DNA of 64,000 nt from Gammaproteobacteria bacterium (GCA_036000105.1 DASYGE010000002.1:264793-328792), one strand, 5' to 3'; positions 1 to 9,839 are shown, counted from the stretch's first letter. The notes: a model not told the origin generated them from the letters alone. Program-made: numbers and translations.

Positions 1-2
1 CG

Positions 3-476
3 CCGCATCGCTATCCCCGCGACCACCAGCTCATGGGCGGCTCGGTACGCGGGCGGGAAGGGCGCCGGGTCGAGCCCGGCGAGCGTGCGCTCGGCCTCGT
101 CGAGGCGCCCGATCAGGAGCAGGCGCCGGACCTTGAGATAGCGGGCATGGGCAGCGTTCGCCCGGTCACCATGTTCTTCGAGCGTCATCCGTGCTGCATC
201 CAGCGCTTTCGCAGGCCAGTCCAGCTCGCGGGAGGCGAGCGCGATCTCCGCCTCGGCGACCACACATCTGGCGCGGGCCACAGCCTCTTTCGGACCAAAG
301 GCGCGGGCCGCCCTGCGCAAGATGGCCTTCGCCCGGACCAAGTCGCCGAGCTGCGCCATGGCGATGCCCCGCAGCGCGAGCGCAGGGGCGTCGTTACGCA
401 AGGCGACCCGCTTCAATGCACCGAGGGGGTCACCCGCTGCGAGCGCACGCGCTGCGGCTGTGATCAGTGAATCCAT
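3..476 (-). CDS. hypothetical helical-repeat (TPR-like) protein, N-terminal 158 codons; gene runs off the left edge
   Basis: Absent from the ORF track because it has no in-window stop. Reverse translation from the ATG (complement of 476-474) gives MDSLITAAARALAAGDPLGALKRVALRNDAPALALRGIAMAQLGDLVRAKAILRRAARAF..., open to the window edge. The + strand ORFs 33..470, 191..463 and 322..525 look like high-GC shadow frames. Confidence 0.5.
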   Translation of the reverse strand, partial: MDSLITAAARALAAGDPLGALKRVALRNDAPALALRGIAMAQLGDLVRAKAILRRAARAFGPKEAVARARCVVAEAEIALASRELDWPAKALDAARMTLEEHGDRANAAHARYLKVRRLLLIGRLDEAERTLAGLDPAPFPPAYRAAHELVVAGIAMR

Positions 477-578
477 CCGAATCCCGCCACACTTGTTACT
501 CACGCCGTCTGATGCCCGCCACTAGTCTATCCCACGACCTAGAGACCAGTACGTCACGTCAGAACCGGAGGAGAAGCC

Positions 579-1370
579 ATGTTGCTCGAGGACAAGAATG
601 CGGTGATCTACGGAGCCGGTGGCGCCATCGGCGCCGCAGTGGCCCGCGCTTTCGCCCGCGAAGGTGCCACGCTGTTCCTGACCGGACGCAACCAGGCGAA
701 GGTCGAGTCCGTGGCCGGGAACATCCGGGCAGCCGGAGGCCGCGCCGAGGCGGTAGAGGTGGACGCTCTGGACGAGCAGGCCATAGACAGGCATCTCAGC
801 GCCGTGACCGCCAAGGCGGGCGCCATCGATATCTCCTTCAACGCCGTCGGCATCCCGAACACGACGCTGCAGGGTGTGCCCCTGGTGGATCTCGCGGCCG
901 ACCAGTTCTCCCTGCCTATCGCGACCTATACGCGGTCGAACTTCCTGACCGCGCGCCTGGCCGCCCGGCGCATGGTCGCGCAGCGCTCGGGAGTGATCCT
1001 GACCGTCACGCCGGTGGTCTCGCGGGCCGGCATCCCGCTAGTGGGCGGCTTCGCTCTGGCGATGGGTGCCGTGGAAGTGCTCACCCGGAACCTGTCTGCG
1101 GAGCTCGCGCCCCACGGCGTGCGCATCGTGGGCCTGCGGGCAGACGCCATGCCCGAGACGGGCACGATCAAGGAAGTCTTCGGCATCCATGCCAAGGCAT
1201 GGGGGATCACCCACGAACAGTTCAGCGAGATCATCGCGAGCAAGAACCACCGGCGGCGACTCATGACGCTCGGCGAGCTGGCGAACGTGGCGGTCTTCAT
1301 GGCCTCAGACAAGTCGAGTGCCATGACCGGGACCGTCGTGAACCTGAGCATGGGCATGCTCGACGACTAA
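579..1370 (+). CDS. SDR family oxidoreductase
   Basis: 263 aa. N-terminal Rossmann motif VIYGAGGAIGAAVARAFAREGA and SDR-like layout. GGAGGAG-type purine-rich region upstream. Confidence 0.85.
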   Translation: MLLEDKNAVIYGAGGAIGAAVARAFAREGATLFLTGRNQAKVESVAGNIRAAGGRAEAVEVDALDEQAIDRHLSAVTAKAGAIDISFNAVGIPNTTLQGVPLVDLAADQFSLPIATYTRSNFLTARLAARRMVAQRSGVILTVTPVVSRAGIPLVGGFALAMGAVEVLTRNLSAELAPHGVRIVGLRADAMPETGTIKEVFGIHAKAWGITHEQFSEIIASKNHRRRLMTLGELANVAVFMASDKSSAMTGTVVNLSMGMLDD

Positions 1371-1405
1371 ACATCTTTCTTAATGGGCAATCTCTGGAGA
1401 ACCTG

Positions 1406-2134
1406 ATGGATATCTCGAACAAGACAGTCTTGATCACCGGCGCCAGCCGCGGCATCGGCCAGGCGCTAGTCGAAGAAGCATTGAAGAGGGGCGTGAAGCG
1501 GGTCTATGCCGCGATGCGCAGCCCGGCGGCGCATCCCGATAAGCGCGTGACCACCCTGACGCTGGACGTGACCGACGCTGCGCAGATCAAGCGGGCCGCC
1601 GAGCAGGTGGGTAGCCTCGACGTGCTCATCAACAACGCCGGCATCGCCCTCTATGACGATCTGAGCGACCCCGAGACCGTCGAGCGGCAGCTCGCCGTCA
1701 ACCTCTTCGGGCCGTTGAACGTCACCCGCGCTTTCCTGCCGCTGTTGAAGCGCTCCAAAGGCGCCATCGTGAACAACCTGTCCCTGGCGGGGATCGCGTC
1801 CCTGCCGGTCGTACCCGGTTATTCGATCTCGAAAGCGGCCCTGTCGAACATGACCCAGTCATTCAGGGCACTCCTGGCGAACCAGGGTGTGACGGTGCAT
1901 GCGGTCTTCATAGGCCCGACGGACACCGACATGAACCGGGGCTTCGACATACCCAAGGCTACGACCGAATCCACGGCGCAGGGCATCTTCGACGGCCTGG
2001 AGAAAGATGAAGAGGACATCTTCCCGGATCCCGTGTCCCACTCCGCAGCAGAGGGCTGGCGCGCCGGCATAGCCAAGGCGCTAGAAGGACAGTTCAAGGC
2101 TTTCGTGCCGCCGAGCGCGGCGAACCAGTCATAA
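1406..2134 (+). CDS. SDR family oxidoreductase (classical, TGASRGIG)
   Basis: Internal ATG of the 467..2134 ORF. MDISNKTVLITGASRGIGQALV..., NNAG motif, YSISK active-site motif. The 5' 313 codons of the long ORF are Arg/Pro/Gly shadow sequence overlapping the previous gene. Confidence 0.9.
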   Translation: MDISNKTVLITGASRGIGQALVEEALKRGVKRVYAAMRSPAAHPDKRVTTLTLDVTDAAQIKRAAEQVGSLDVLINNAGIALYDDLSDPETVERQLAVNLFGPLNVTRAFLPLLKRSKGAIVNNLSLAGIASLPVVPGYSISKAALSNMTQSFRALLANQGVTVHAVFIGPTDTDMNRGFDIPKATTESTAQGIFDGLEKDEEDIFPDPVSHSAAEGWRAGIAKALEGQFKAFVPPSAANQS

Positions 2135-2146
2135 AGGAGATCGATC

Positions 2147-2590
2147 ATGAACAAGCAAGATTTCAGCGTGGCTTTCTCAGTGGATAAGACCCCCGAAGAA
2201 GTCTTCGATGCCATCAACCACGTCCCAGGATGGTGGTCAGGGGAGATCAGCGGCGACACCGCCAGACTAGGCGGCGAGTTCACCTACCGGGCCGGAGACG
2301 TGCACCGTTCAACGCAGAAGATAACGGAGTTCGTCCCAGGCAAGAGAGTCGTCTGGCACGTGCTGGATGCTCATCTCAGTTTCACGAAAGACAAGGGCGA
2401 GTGGAAAGGCACGGACATCGTCTTCGATATCGCCAGGAAAGGCGACAAGACGGAAGTCCGTTTCACGCACCAAGGTCTGGTCTCGGACTTTGAATGCTTC
2501 AAGGACTGCTCCAACGCCTGGGGCGCGCTCGTGAACGGCAATCTGCGCAAGCTCATCACCACGGGCAAAGACCAGCCCAGCCCCTGGTGA
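2147..2590 (+). CDS. SRPBCC (AHSA1/START-like) domain protein
   Basis: 147 aa. Typical SRPBCC small-protein layout. AGGAG 8 nt upstream. Paralogue at 4487..4933. Confidence 0.8.
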   Translation: MNKQDFSVAFSVDKTPEEVFDAINHVPGWWSGEISGDTARLGGEFTYRAGDVHRSTQKITEFVPGKRVVWHVLDAHLSFTKDKGEWKGTDIVFDIARKGDKTEVRFTHQGLVSDFECFKDCSNAWGALVNGNLRKLITTGKDQPSPW

Positions 2591-2622
2591 CACAGAGTCC
2601 AACGACAAAGGAATCAACCGAT

Positions 2623-3375
2623 ATGAACACCAAATCGATCCTGACGATCATCGTCACCGTCCTCATGGCCGCATCAGCAACGCCAAGCCTGGCGACCGGG
2701 ACGAACATCGAGCAGATGCCCGCCAAGCTCGAGACCCGGTACGCCCTGAGCGCAGTGCCTCAGGGGCTGCGTGACAAGGCGAGCGTCTACCTCCTGGATC
2801 CCAAGGTGGGCTACAAGCTTTCCCGGCAGGGCACGAGCGGGGTGGCTTGTATCGTGGAGCGCACCCAGTGGGAACTGGCTGACTTCCGCGACGACATCTA
2901 TTTCCCTGTCTGCTACGACGCCGCGGGTGCAGCGACCTATCTGAAAGTCATCATGGACGCGGCCGCGCTACGTGCAAAGGGCATGGGCGCCGCTGCATTG
3001 AAAGCCGAAGTGGAAAGACGTTACAAGGACAAGACCTATGGAGTCCCGGCAAGAGCAGGCCTGTCCTATATGGTCGGGCCAATGATGCGGACGATCGGGC
3101 CGCCGGACCTGAAAGTCCACACCATGGCCATGCCGCACCTGATGTTCTACGCGCCCAACGTCACGGATGCAGACATCGGCGCGGCCCCGGACCTCGCCGA
3201 CCCTTCGAGTCTCTTATATCCCTTCATCTCTCGGCAAGGTAACGGTGAGACAAGCTACATGATCCAGCTCATCGGAGAGACGGAGAAAGCCAGGATACTA
3301 GCCGATGAGAAGGCCCTCCTCGCCGATCTCTGCGCCTATCGCGACGTGCTGTGCCTGATGGACATGAAGCACTGA
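2623..3375 (+). CDS. secreted hypothetical protein
   Basis: Internal ATG preceded by AAAGGAA. N-terminus MNTKSILTIIVTVLMAASATPSLA looks like a signal peptide. No family recognised. Confidence 0.65.
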   Translation: MNTKSILTIIVTVLMAASATPSLATGTNIEQMPAKLETRYALSAVPQGLRDKASVYLLDPKVGYKLSRQGTSGVACIVERTQWELADFRDDIYFPVCYDAAGAATYLKVIMDAAALRAKGMGAAALKAEVERRYKDKTYGVPARAGLSYMVGPMMRTIGPPDLKVHTMAMPHLMFYAPNVTDADIGAAPDLADPSSLLYPFISRQGNGETSYMIQLIGETEKARILADEKALLADLCAYRDVLCLMDMKH

Positions 3376-3410
3376 CTCATCGTGGCCAACTACATTCGGA
3401 GGGATCGAAC

Positions 3411-4427
3411 GTGCGTGCATATCAAATAGTCTCCGGCGCGAGGATCCCCGGATTGCACATCGAGGATCTGAGAGTCCCACCTCTGGGTGACTGGGATATC
3501 AAGGTTCGCGTTCACGCGGTAGCGCTGAATCGGCGTGACTTGATCGTGGCGAACGGCGAACACGGCCCGCACTCCGGAAAGCCGCTGATCCCATGTTCCG
3601 ACGCGGCGGGTGAGGTCATCGCCGTCGGACGGGACGTGACCCGATTCAAGCTGGGTGACCGCGTGATCAATGCGTTTTTCCCAGGGTGGGTGGAGGGTGA
3701 GCTGTCGGTCGATAAGGTGGCCCATATGCTCGGCTTTCCCGGGGATGGTGTCCTGGCGGAAGAGACCGTGGGTAACGAGAGTGGGTGGGTCCCGATGCCC
3801 AAGCACCTGGACTATCTTCAAGCCGCCACCCTGACCTGCACGGGCGTCACCGCCTGGAATGCCCTGTTCGAGCAGGCGCCGCCCAGGCCCGGAGATACGG
3901 TACTGCTTTTGGGCACGGGCGGAGTCTCCATATGGGCTCTGTTGCTCGCCAAAGCTGCCGGCCTGCGCACCGTCATCACGTCTTCCAGCGAAAGCAAGCT
4001 CGTGCGAGCCCGAAAGCTCGGCGCGTCCTACGGCATCAATTACATCGCACACCCGGATTGGGAGAGGGAAGTGCTGCGCGTCACGGACGGGCGCGGGGTC
4101 GATCTCGCCATCGACGTAAGCGGGGGCAAGACGATATCGCGATCGCTGGAAGCGACTCGTCCCGGCGGCACGGTCGCGGTCACCGGCGCGCTGACCGGGA
4201 TCAACGTCGACATCAACCTGCTTGCCCTCCTGGTCCACCAGAAGCGCCTCGTGGGTGTGCGGGCCGGCAGCCGCAGCATGCTGGAAGCGCTCAGCACCTT
4301 CACCGAAGTCACGGGCCTGAAGCCGATGGTGGATAAGGTCTTCGCGTTCTCCGAGGCCCCGCGCGCATTCGAGTATCTCGCTTCCGGAACGCACTTCGGA
4401 AAAGTGGTCATCCAAGTAGAGGCTTGA
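3411..4427 (+). CDS. zinc-type alcohol dehydrogenase / NADPH:quinone reductase family (MDR)
   Basis: GTG start 7 nt after GGAGGG. MDR-like sequence VRVHAVALNRRDL..., nucleotide-binding LLLGTGGVSIWALLLAKAAG, C-terminal HFGKVVI. Confidence 0.85.
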   Translation: MRAYQIVSGARIPGLHIEDLRVPPLGDWDIKVRVHAVALNRRDLIVANGEHGPHSGKPLIPCSDAAGEVIAVGRDVTRFKLGDRVINAFFPGWVEGELSVDKVAHMLGFPGDGVLAEETVGNESGWVPMPKHLDYLQAATLTCTGVTAWNALFEQAPPRPGDTVLLLGTGGVSIWALLLAKAAGLRTVITSSSESKLVRARKLGASYGINYIAHPDWEREVLRVTDGRGVDLAIDVSGGKTISRSLEATRPGGTVAVTGALTGINVDINLLALLVHQKRLVGVRAGSRSMLEALSTFTEVTGLKPMVDKVFAFSEAPRAFEYLASGTHFGKVVIQVEA

Positions 4428-4486
4428 TCATCCCTGGCTTCCGAGCGAAGCCGGCATCTTAAATTTCCACGAAATCGGAGAAAGTC

Positions 4487-4933
4487 ATGCAAGACCAGAA
4501 TTTCACCGCGAGTTTCACGGTGGACAAGACCCCGCAAGAAGCCTTCGCTGCCATCAAGAACATCAGTGCCTGGTGGTCCGAAGAGATCGTCGGCAGCACC
4601 GACAAAGTGGGCGATGAATTCGACTACAAATACAAGGACGTGCATCGCTGCAAGATGAGGTTGACGGAAGCCGTGCCAGGCAAGAAAGTCGTCTGGCTCG
4701 TGCTGGACAATTATTTCGATTTCATCGATGACAAGACCGAATGGAAGGGCACGAAGATCAGCTTCGACATCGCGAGGAAAGGCAACAAGACGGAAGTCCA
4801 TTTCACCCACTTGGGGTTGGTCCCGGACTATGAATGCTTCGACGTCTGCTCGGACGCCTGGAGCACGTACATCAAGGGCAGTCTGCGGAGCTTGATCGCT
4901 ACGGGTAAGGGTAACCCCAACCCGAAAGAATAA
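4487..4933 (+). CDS. SRPBCC (AHSA1/START-like) domain protein, paralogue of 2147..2590
   Basis: 148 aa. Alignable by eye to 2147..2590 over the full length (FTVDKTP..WW..E..G....G.EF.Y...DVHR...). Confidence 0.8.
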   Translation: MQDQNFTASFTVDKTPQEAFAAIKNISAWWSEEIVGSTDKVGDEFDYKYKDVHRCKMRLTEAVPGKKVVWLVLDNYFDFIDDKTEWKGTKISFDIARKGNKTEVHFTHLGLVPDYECFDVCSDAWSTYIKGSLRSLIATGKGNPNPKE

Positions 4934-4965
4934 CTCGACACATCGTGCTGTTCATCTAAGCCGGC

Positions 4966-5111
4966 TTTAATTCGACTTAAAAGCGTCGTGAGCGAAGGCA
5001 GAACGAGGCGCGGGAGGCGAGCACCCGGAGCGTACTTTCCAGTACGTGAGGACGGCGAGCCGGACCACAACGAAGTTATGCCGAGCGCAGCAGCTTTTAA
5101 GGTGAATTTAG
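4966..5111. repeat. ERIC-like imperfect-palindrome intergenic repeat (MITE-like), copy 1 of 4
   Basis: Terminal inverted repeats CTTTAATTCGACTTAAAAGC / GCTTTTAAGGTGAATTTAG. Central core GGAGCGTACTTTCCAGTACGTGAG (5027-5050), shared with the copies at 31124, 38634 and 39595. Confidence 0.7.
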
Positions 5112-5755
5112 ATCCAGTAGGCGGTACTGGTCATCGCTTTTGAAGTGAGTTTCATGAAGAGGCGTATGGGCGCCGGCATGGGCATGCCGCCGGCCCGCTG
5201 GGCTTTGGCACCGTGCTGGGCTTCGTCTTCCCGCATCTGCTCCAGGATCACGCGGCTCTTCTGATCCTTCTCCGGCAGGCGGGCGAGATGGCCTTCCAGA
5301 TGTTCCACCACCTGCCGCTCGGTCTCGCCCACGAAGCCTAAGCTCGCCTTGTCGCCAGCGAAGCCCGCCAGGGCGCCGAGCGCGAAGGAGCCGAGATACC
5401 AGAGGGGATCCAGCCGGCTCACGGGCGTGTCCAGCTCCTTAAGACGTTGCTCGCACCAGGCGAGGTGATCGATCTCTTCGGCAGCGGATTGCTCCATGGC
5501 GCCGCGGGCTTCGGAGCCTTTGGCCATGAAGGCCTGGCCCTGATATAGCGCCTGGGCCGCGATCTCGCCCGCGTGGTTCACCCGCATGAGGCGGCCGGCC
5601 TGCACGCGCTCCGCTTCCGAAAGGCTATCGGGCGAGGCGCTGGCGGCGGGATTGGGGCGCTTCGCCGCATGGGCGGAGGAGCCCACGGCGGTGCGCAGGG
5701 CGTGCTCGAACTCGGAGAGCAGGCGGTCTAAGTGAGTCAGGCGGCGTTCGGCCAT
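5108..5755 (-). CDS. coq7: demethoxyubiquinone hydroxylase Coq7 (di-iron)
   Basis: Internal ATG (MAERRLTHLDRLL...). Matches the Coq7 pattern RVNHAGEIAAQALYQGQ ... EExDHLAW ... REDEAQH, and is about 215 aa as in the Pseudomonas-type Coq7. Confidence 0.9.
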   Translation of the reverse strand: MAERRLTHLDRLLSEFEHALRTAVGSSAHAAKRPNPAASASPDSLSEAERVQAGRLMRVNHAGEIAAQALYQGQAFMAKGSEARGAMEQSAAEEIDHLAWCEQRLKELDTPVSRLDPLWYLGSFALGALAGFAGDKASLGFVGETERQVVEHLEGHLARLPEKDQKSRVILEQMREDEAQHGAKAQRAGGMPMPAPIRLFMKLTSKAMTSTAYWI

Positions 5756-5808
5756 GGCGACAGTATAGCGCCGCCGCTCAGGCACCGCGGCGGGCGGGGA
5801 AGAAGCGG

Positions 5809-6474
5809 CTATTGCGCCACAGGGCCGCGGAATCGCCGTAGGACGACATGCGTGGCCTTCTCCGACGCTACGAATTTCACGCATTCGTATCCCAGAGCCT
5901 GCAAGTCGACCCCTTCAAACAGTGGCTCTCCCCGGCCGAGCAGGACCGGTGCGATAGCAATGTGAAGTTCATCAATGAGGCCCACACGGAGATATTGCCG
6001 GATTGTGTCCGAACCACCGCCGATCCGCACATCCATTCCGGCAGCGGCCTCGCGTGCACGGTCGAGCGCGTCGTGAATGCCTCCTGTTATGAAGTGGAAC
6101 GTCGTGCCGCCTTCCATCTCGATGGGGGGGCGAGCATAGTGGGTCAAGATGAAGACTGGAGCGTGATACGGCGGATTGTCTCCCCACCAGCCTTTCCAGC
6201 TTGTGTCCTGCCAGTCCCCACGACTTGGCGCGAACATATTCCTTCCAAGAATCCAAGCCCCAACATTCTGAAAGCCACTGACGGCGAAATCATCGTCAAC
6301 CCCGGTCGTACCGCCGTCCTTGCCGAACAAGGCCCGCTGGAACGTGCGTGTTGGGACTAGCCACTGGTGCAGTTCCCTCCCGCCAACGCCGAGCGGATTG
6401 TCGATGTCTTGATCCGGACCTGCTCCGTATCCGTCGAGCGAGACGGTGAAGCCCTGAACGCGAACTCGTGCCAT
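5809..6474 (-). CDS. dihydrofolate reductase family protein (RibD C-terminal domain-like)
   Basis: 221 aa. MARVRVQGFTVSLDGYGAGPDQ... and ...IDELHIAIAPVLLGRGEPLF are typical of the RibD_C/DHFR-like family. Confidence 0.75.
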   Translation of the reverse strand: MARVRVQGFTVSLDGYGAGPDQDIDNPLGVGGRELHQWLVPTRTFQRALFGKDGGTTGVDDDFAVSGFQNVGAWILGRNMFAPSRGDWQDTSWKGWWGDNPPYHAPVFILTHYARPPIEMEGGTTFHFITGGIHDALDRAREAAAGMDVRIGGGSDTIRQYLRVGLIDELHIAIAPVLLGRGEPLFEGVDLQALGYECVKFVASEKATHVVLRRFRGPVAQ

Positions 6475-6533
6475 CGTTTATCTCCGTTTAGATTAGACGC
6501 CCAACTTCTATTTAGATGGGAAAAAATTTCTCT

Positions 6534-7073
6534 CTAACCGGCGCGCTTCACGGCGAAGAAGCGGGCGTTGCGCAGCAGGGCCGCGGAAACCAGCGAGATC
6601 AGTACGCCCACTGGGAAGATCTCCATGAAAGTCTCGGTCAGACGGATGGATGGATTGGCGTACTCGGTCTTGAATTCCTGCGCCTGCGCGACGATTTTGA
6701 CGAGTTCCGCGCCGCTCAGGTCCTTGGCTTTCGCCGCGTCGATCATGCTCTGGGCATAGGTGCCGGCGAAATCGAAGTGGGTGAAGTCCAATACCGCTTC
6801 CCAGGCGAGCATGTAGATGATGCCGGCTACGAAGCTGATACCGAGGCCCAGCCCCAAGGCCGGCCAGAATTTGATCACGCCGCCCAGGTCGGTGTCGCGG
6901 TGCTTCTTGATGGCGATGAAGATGGTGCTTAAGCCGATCAGCATGGTGAGGTAGCCGACCACGTATCCCCAGGCACCTCCCGGTTGGATACTTGGGGTCA
7001 GAGTCATGGCGTAGAGCGGGACACCGACGATCAGGCCGCCGATGATGCCGTAACGGAGGATCAGACGAATCAT
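6534..7073 (-). CDS. DUF4199-like multi-pass membrane protein
   Basis: 179 aa with four hydrophobic segments. N-terminus MIRLILRYGIIGGLIVG is typical of DUF4199. Confidence 0.7.
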   Translation of the reverse strand: MIRLILRYGIIGGLIVGVPLYAMTLTPSIQPGGAWGYVVGYLTMLIGLSTIFIAIKKHRDTDLGGVIKFWPALGLGLGISFVAGIIYMLAWEAVLDFTHFDFAGTYAQSMIDAAKAKDLSGAELVKIVAQAQEFKTEYANPSIRLTETFMEIFPVGVLISLVSAALLRNARFFAVKRAG

Positions 7074-7169
7074 GAATTATGCTCCAGAGGGTCTTGGTGC
7101 GCATAGTTATGGACGCTGCCAAGACCGCAAGCAATCGTCCAAAAGGGTGATTCCGGCGGAATCATCCGT

Positions 7170-7586
7170 TCAGCGGAGTATTCCCAGCTCGCGCGCCCGG
7201 TGGATGGCGTCCGTGCGGCGCTTCGCGCCCAGTTTCCCGAACAAGCGCGCCGTGTGGGTCTTCACGGTATTGGGCGAGACCTTGAGCTTGGATGCGATCT
7301 CCTTGTTGGAGTGGCCGGCGGCCAGCTCCTGCAGCACTTCCAGCTCCCGCCCGCTGATGCCGAGCGTGGTTTGGGCCTGGGGGTTGCCGTCGAAAGCCGC
7401 CGGTTCACCGGGCTTGCCGAGTACGCGAGCGCCGATATAGAGACCCAGCGCCAGGAAGGCGAGGGCGATCATGCCCATGTAGACGTCGGCGGTATAGGCC
7501 CGGGCCAGGCGCTGGTAGTCGAGCCATTCCAGGACGAAAGTGCCCACCGCCAGCAGCAACCCGTAGAGGAACACCTGCTTCCACAT
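7170..7586 (-). CDS. membrane-anchored LuxR-family HTH regulator
   Basis: 138 aa. Two N-terminal TM helices followed by the LuxR/GerE HTH ISGRELEVLQELAAGHSNKEIASKLKVSPNTVKTHTARLFGKLG. Confidence 0.85.
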   Translation of the reverse strand: MWKQVFLYGLLLAVGTFVLEWLDYQRLARAYTADVYMGMIALAFLALGLYIGARVLGKPGEPAAFDGNPQAQTTLGISGRELEVLQELAAGHSNKEIASKLKVSPNTVKTHTARLFGKLGAKRRTDAIHRARELGILR

Positions 7587-7592
7587 TGCGGC

Positions 7593-8846
7593 TCAGACCG
7601 GCCGATAGAGGGCTTCGGGTAACTGTCGGGCCAGTACTTCCACAGGATGCATCACAGGGATAGTGATCCCGCGGCGGGCGAGCGCCGCAGTGAGATGCAG
7701 GCTGCAGCCCACGTTGGAGGTGACCAGCACGTCCGGGTCCATCTTCTCGATGGCCACCGCGAATTCGTCGGCGAAGGCATCGGCCTGTTTCGCCTGGGTG
7801 AGCATGTAGCTCCCGGCTGCGCCGCAGCAGCCCCGGGATGCGGAGAGGGTACGCACCTTGAGGTCAGGGATGCGGCTGAGGAGTTCCGGTATCTCGGCGC
7901 CGGACTTCAGCACGTTGCGCAGCGTGCAGGGATTCTGCACCAGCACTTTGGCTTTCCAGGAGCGGAACTGGATCTTCTTGAAGCGCTCGTGGCGGAATAT
8001 GTATTCGCTCACGTCCATCACGCGCTTATCGAAACCCGCAGCATCAGCGCCGAGGATCTCCGGATAATCCTTGAGGGTCGCGAGGCAACCGCTGGCGGTG
8101 CCCACGATAGCGTCTTCCCCCGCTAAAGCGGCCAGGTTCGCCCGGGCGAGCTTGGCGGCGCCCGCCTTGCGGCCCGCGTGTTGCTCCAGGGCGCCGCAGC
8201 AACCTTGGGATCTCGGGATGCGCACGTCCGCGCCCAGGGCATTGAGCATGAGGATGGCGGCGGCGCTCACGTGCGGCTGGGTGATGTCGGCCACGCAGCC
8301 CAGGAACAACGCAGCGCTCTGATCGCTGCTGACCCGGGGTAAGTATTCGGTGCGCCAGGTCCGGGGTCTGGAGACAGTGGGCAGGAGTTCCAGGCGACGG
8401 CGCAGGCCCGCGGAGCCGAGGCCATGCAGGCGGCGGAGCAGATCCGAGAAGCCAAGACGGCTGGATAACCAGAGCAGGCGATGGGCCACACGCCTCAATA
8501 GAGGGCGGCCCATGAAGAGGGCGAAGAGGCGGGCGCCCGAGGGTTCGCCATGGCCGCGGCGGCCGAGTTCCTGGCGCGCGGCGTCGATGAGTTTTCCGTA
8601 GGGCACTTCCGCGGGGCAGACCGCCTCGCAGGCGCGGCAGGCGAGGCAGTGATCCAGGTGCTCCGCGAGGCGGGGGCTGGCTTCGAGGACTCCCGTAGCC
8701 AGGCCCTGCATGAGGGCGATGCGGCCACGGGGTGACTCGCCCTCGTCCAGCGTCACTCTATAGGTGGGGCAGTGGGGCAGACACAGGGCGCATTTGACGC
8801 ACTTATCTGCATCGGCCAGCGGGAAATCCAGTGCGGGGCTCGCCAT
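7593..8846 (-). CDS. (Fe-S)-binding oxidoreductase, GlcF / heterodisulfide-reductase-like
   Basis: Internal ATG (MASPALDF...). Two ferredoxin-type motifs, CVKCALCLPHCP and CLACRACEAVCP, plus C-terminal cysteine-rich (CCG-type) repeats. No glcD/glcE neighbour. Confidence 0.8.
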   Translation of the reverse strand: MASPALDFPLADADKCVKCALCLPHCPTYRVTLDEGESPRGRIALMQGLATGVLEASPRLAEHLDHCLACRACEAVCPAEVPYGKLIDAARQELGRRGHGEPSGARLFALFMGRPLLRRVAHRLLWLSSRLGFSDLLRRLHGLGSAGLRRRLELLPTVSRPRTWRTEYLPRVSSDQSAALFLGCVADITQPHVSAAAILMLNALGADVRIPRSQGCCGALEQHAGRKAGAAKLARANLAALAGEDAIVGTASGCLATLKDYPEILGADAAGFDKRVMDVSEYIFRHERFKKIQFRSWKAKVLVQNPCTLRNVLKSGAEIPELLSRIPDLKVRTLSASRGCCGAAGSYMLTQAKQADAFADEFAVAIEKMDPDVLVTSNVGCSLHLTAALARRGITIPVMHPVEVLARQLPEALYRPV

Positions 8847-8922
8847 GGCTGCATCATACCGATGCTTGGGATTGCTGGCGGGGAGTAGAATATGTCTGTT
8901 CCAAGCCTCCGTCGTGACATCC

Positions 8923-9231
8923 ATGTCCTATTACCGCCATCACATCTTCTTTTGCGGCAACCAGCGGACCGATGGCTCCCCCTGCTGCCAGAACCACGGG
9001 GCCGACGCCCTGCGGGACTACGCCAAGAAGCGGGTGAAAGAATTGGGGCTCGCGGGACCGGGCGGGGTGAGGGTCAACAAGGCCGGCTGCATGGACCGCT
9101 GCAGCGAGGGGCCCATCGCCGTGGTCTATCCGGAAGAGGTCTGGTACAGCTATGCGGATCAGGACGATATAGAAGAGATAGTCACCGAACACCTCCAGCA
9201 TGGACGGGTGGTCCAGCGCCTCAAAATATGA
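8923..9231 (+). CDS. thioredoxin-like [2Fe-2S] ferredoxin domain protein
   Basis: Internal ATG. MSYYRHHIFFCGNQR..GSPCC...AGCMDRCSEGPIAVVYPE is typical of the 2Fe-2S thioredoxin-like ferredoxin family. Divergent from the Fe-S gene. Confidence 0.75.
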   Translation: MSYYRHHIFFCGNQRTDGSPCCQNHGADALRDYAKKRVKELGLAGPGGVRVNKAGCMDRCSEGPIAVVYPEEVWYSYADQDDIEEIVTEHLQHGRVVQRLKI

Positions 9232-9404
9232 CCCCGGGCTTTTAAGCGACTGATTTTGAAGCCTAAATGAGGCCGGGCCGGCCCCCAGCCGGCTTCCCCG
9301 CTTTGGCCGAATCCCCGCTAAGCGCTTGATAAACAAGGGTCTCCCCGGTAAAATTGCCGGCTCTTTTCGATGCCTCTTTTGGAGTTCCAGGTCCCATGAG
9401 TCCC

Positions 9405-9839
9405 ATGAAGACGTTTTCCGCCAAGAACGAGACCGTGAAGCGTGATTGGTACATCGTTGATGCCACCGGCAAGACCCTGGGGCGCCTGTCCACCGAGATC
9501 GCGCGCCGTCTGCGCGGCAAGCACAAAGCCGAATACACCCCGCACGTGGACACCGGCGACTACATCGTCGTGATCAACGCCGGCAAGGTGGCCGTCACCG
9601 GCAAGAAGCTCACGGACAAGATCTACCACTGGCACACCGGCTACATCGGCAACATGAAGCACACGAGCCTGGGCAAGATGCTGCAGGAGCACCCGGAGCG
9701 CGCCCTCGAGATCGCGGTGAAGGGCATGTTGCCCAAGAACCCGCTGGGCCGCGCCATGTTCCGCAAGCTCAAGGTCTACGGCGGCGCCGAGCACAAGCAC
9801 GAAGCCCAGCAGCCTCAAGTCCTCGATATCAAAGCCTGA
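9405..9839 (+). CDS. rplM: 50S ribosomal protein L13
   Basis: [53 protein letters not shown]... is near-identical in pattern to E. coli L13. Start chosen by homology. Confidence 0.97.
   Translation: MKTFSAKNETVKRDWYIVDATGKTLGRLSTEIARRLRGKHKAEYTPHVDTGDYIVVINAGKVAVTGKKLTDKIYHWHTGYIGNMKHTSLGKMLQEHPERALEIAVKGMLPKNPLGRAMFRKLKVYGGAEHKHEAQQPQVLDIKA

Noticed and set aside
467-2134. 555-aa ORF spanning both SDR genes
   Set aside because: The first ~313 codons are Arg/Pro/Gly-rich low-complexity sequence read out of frame across the 579..1370 SDR gene. Only the part from the ATG at 1406 looks like a real (SDR) protein. This is a typical high-GC shadow extension.
3390-4415. 341-aa ORF antisense to the quinone-reductase gene (similar cases: 46182..47444 antisense to recA, 39898..41128 antisense to ispG, 44029..44979 antisense to mutS)
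   Set aside because: Each lies opposite a confidently identified conserved gene, has no recognisable motifs and has a skewed Arg/Gly/His composition. These are high-GC antisense shadow ORFs.
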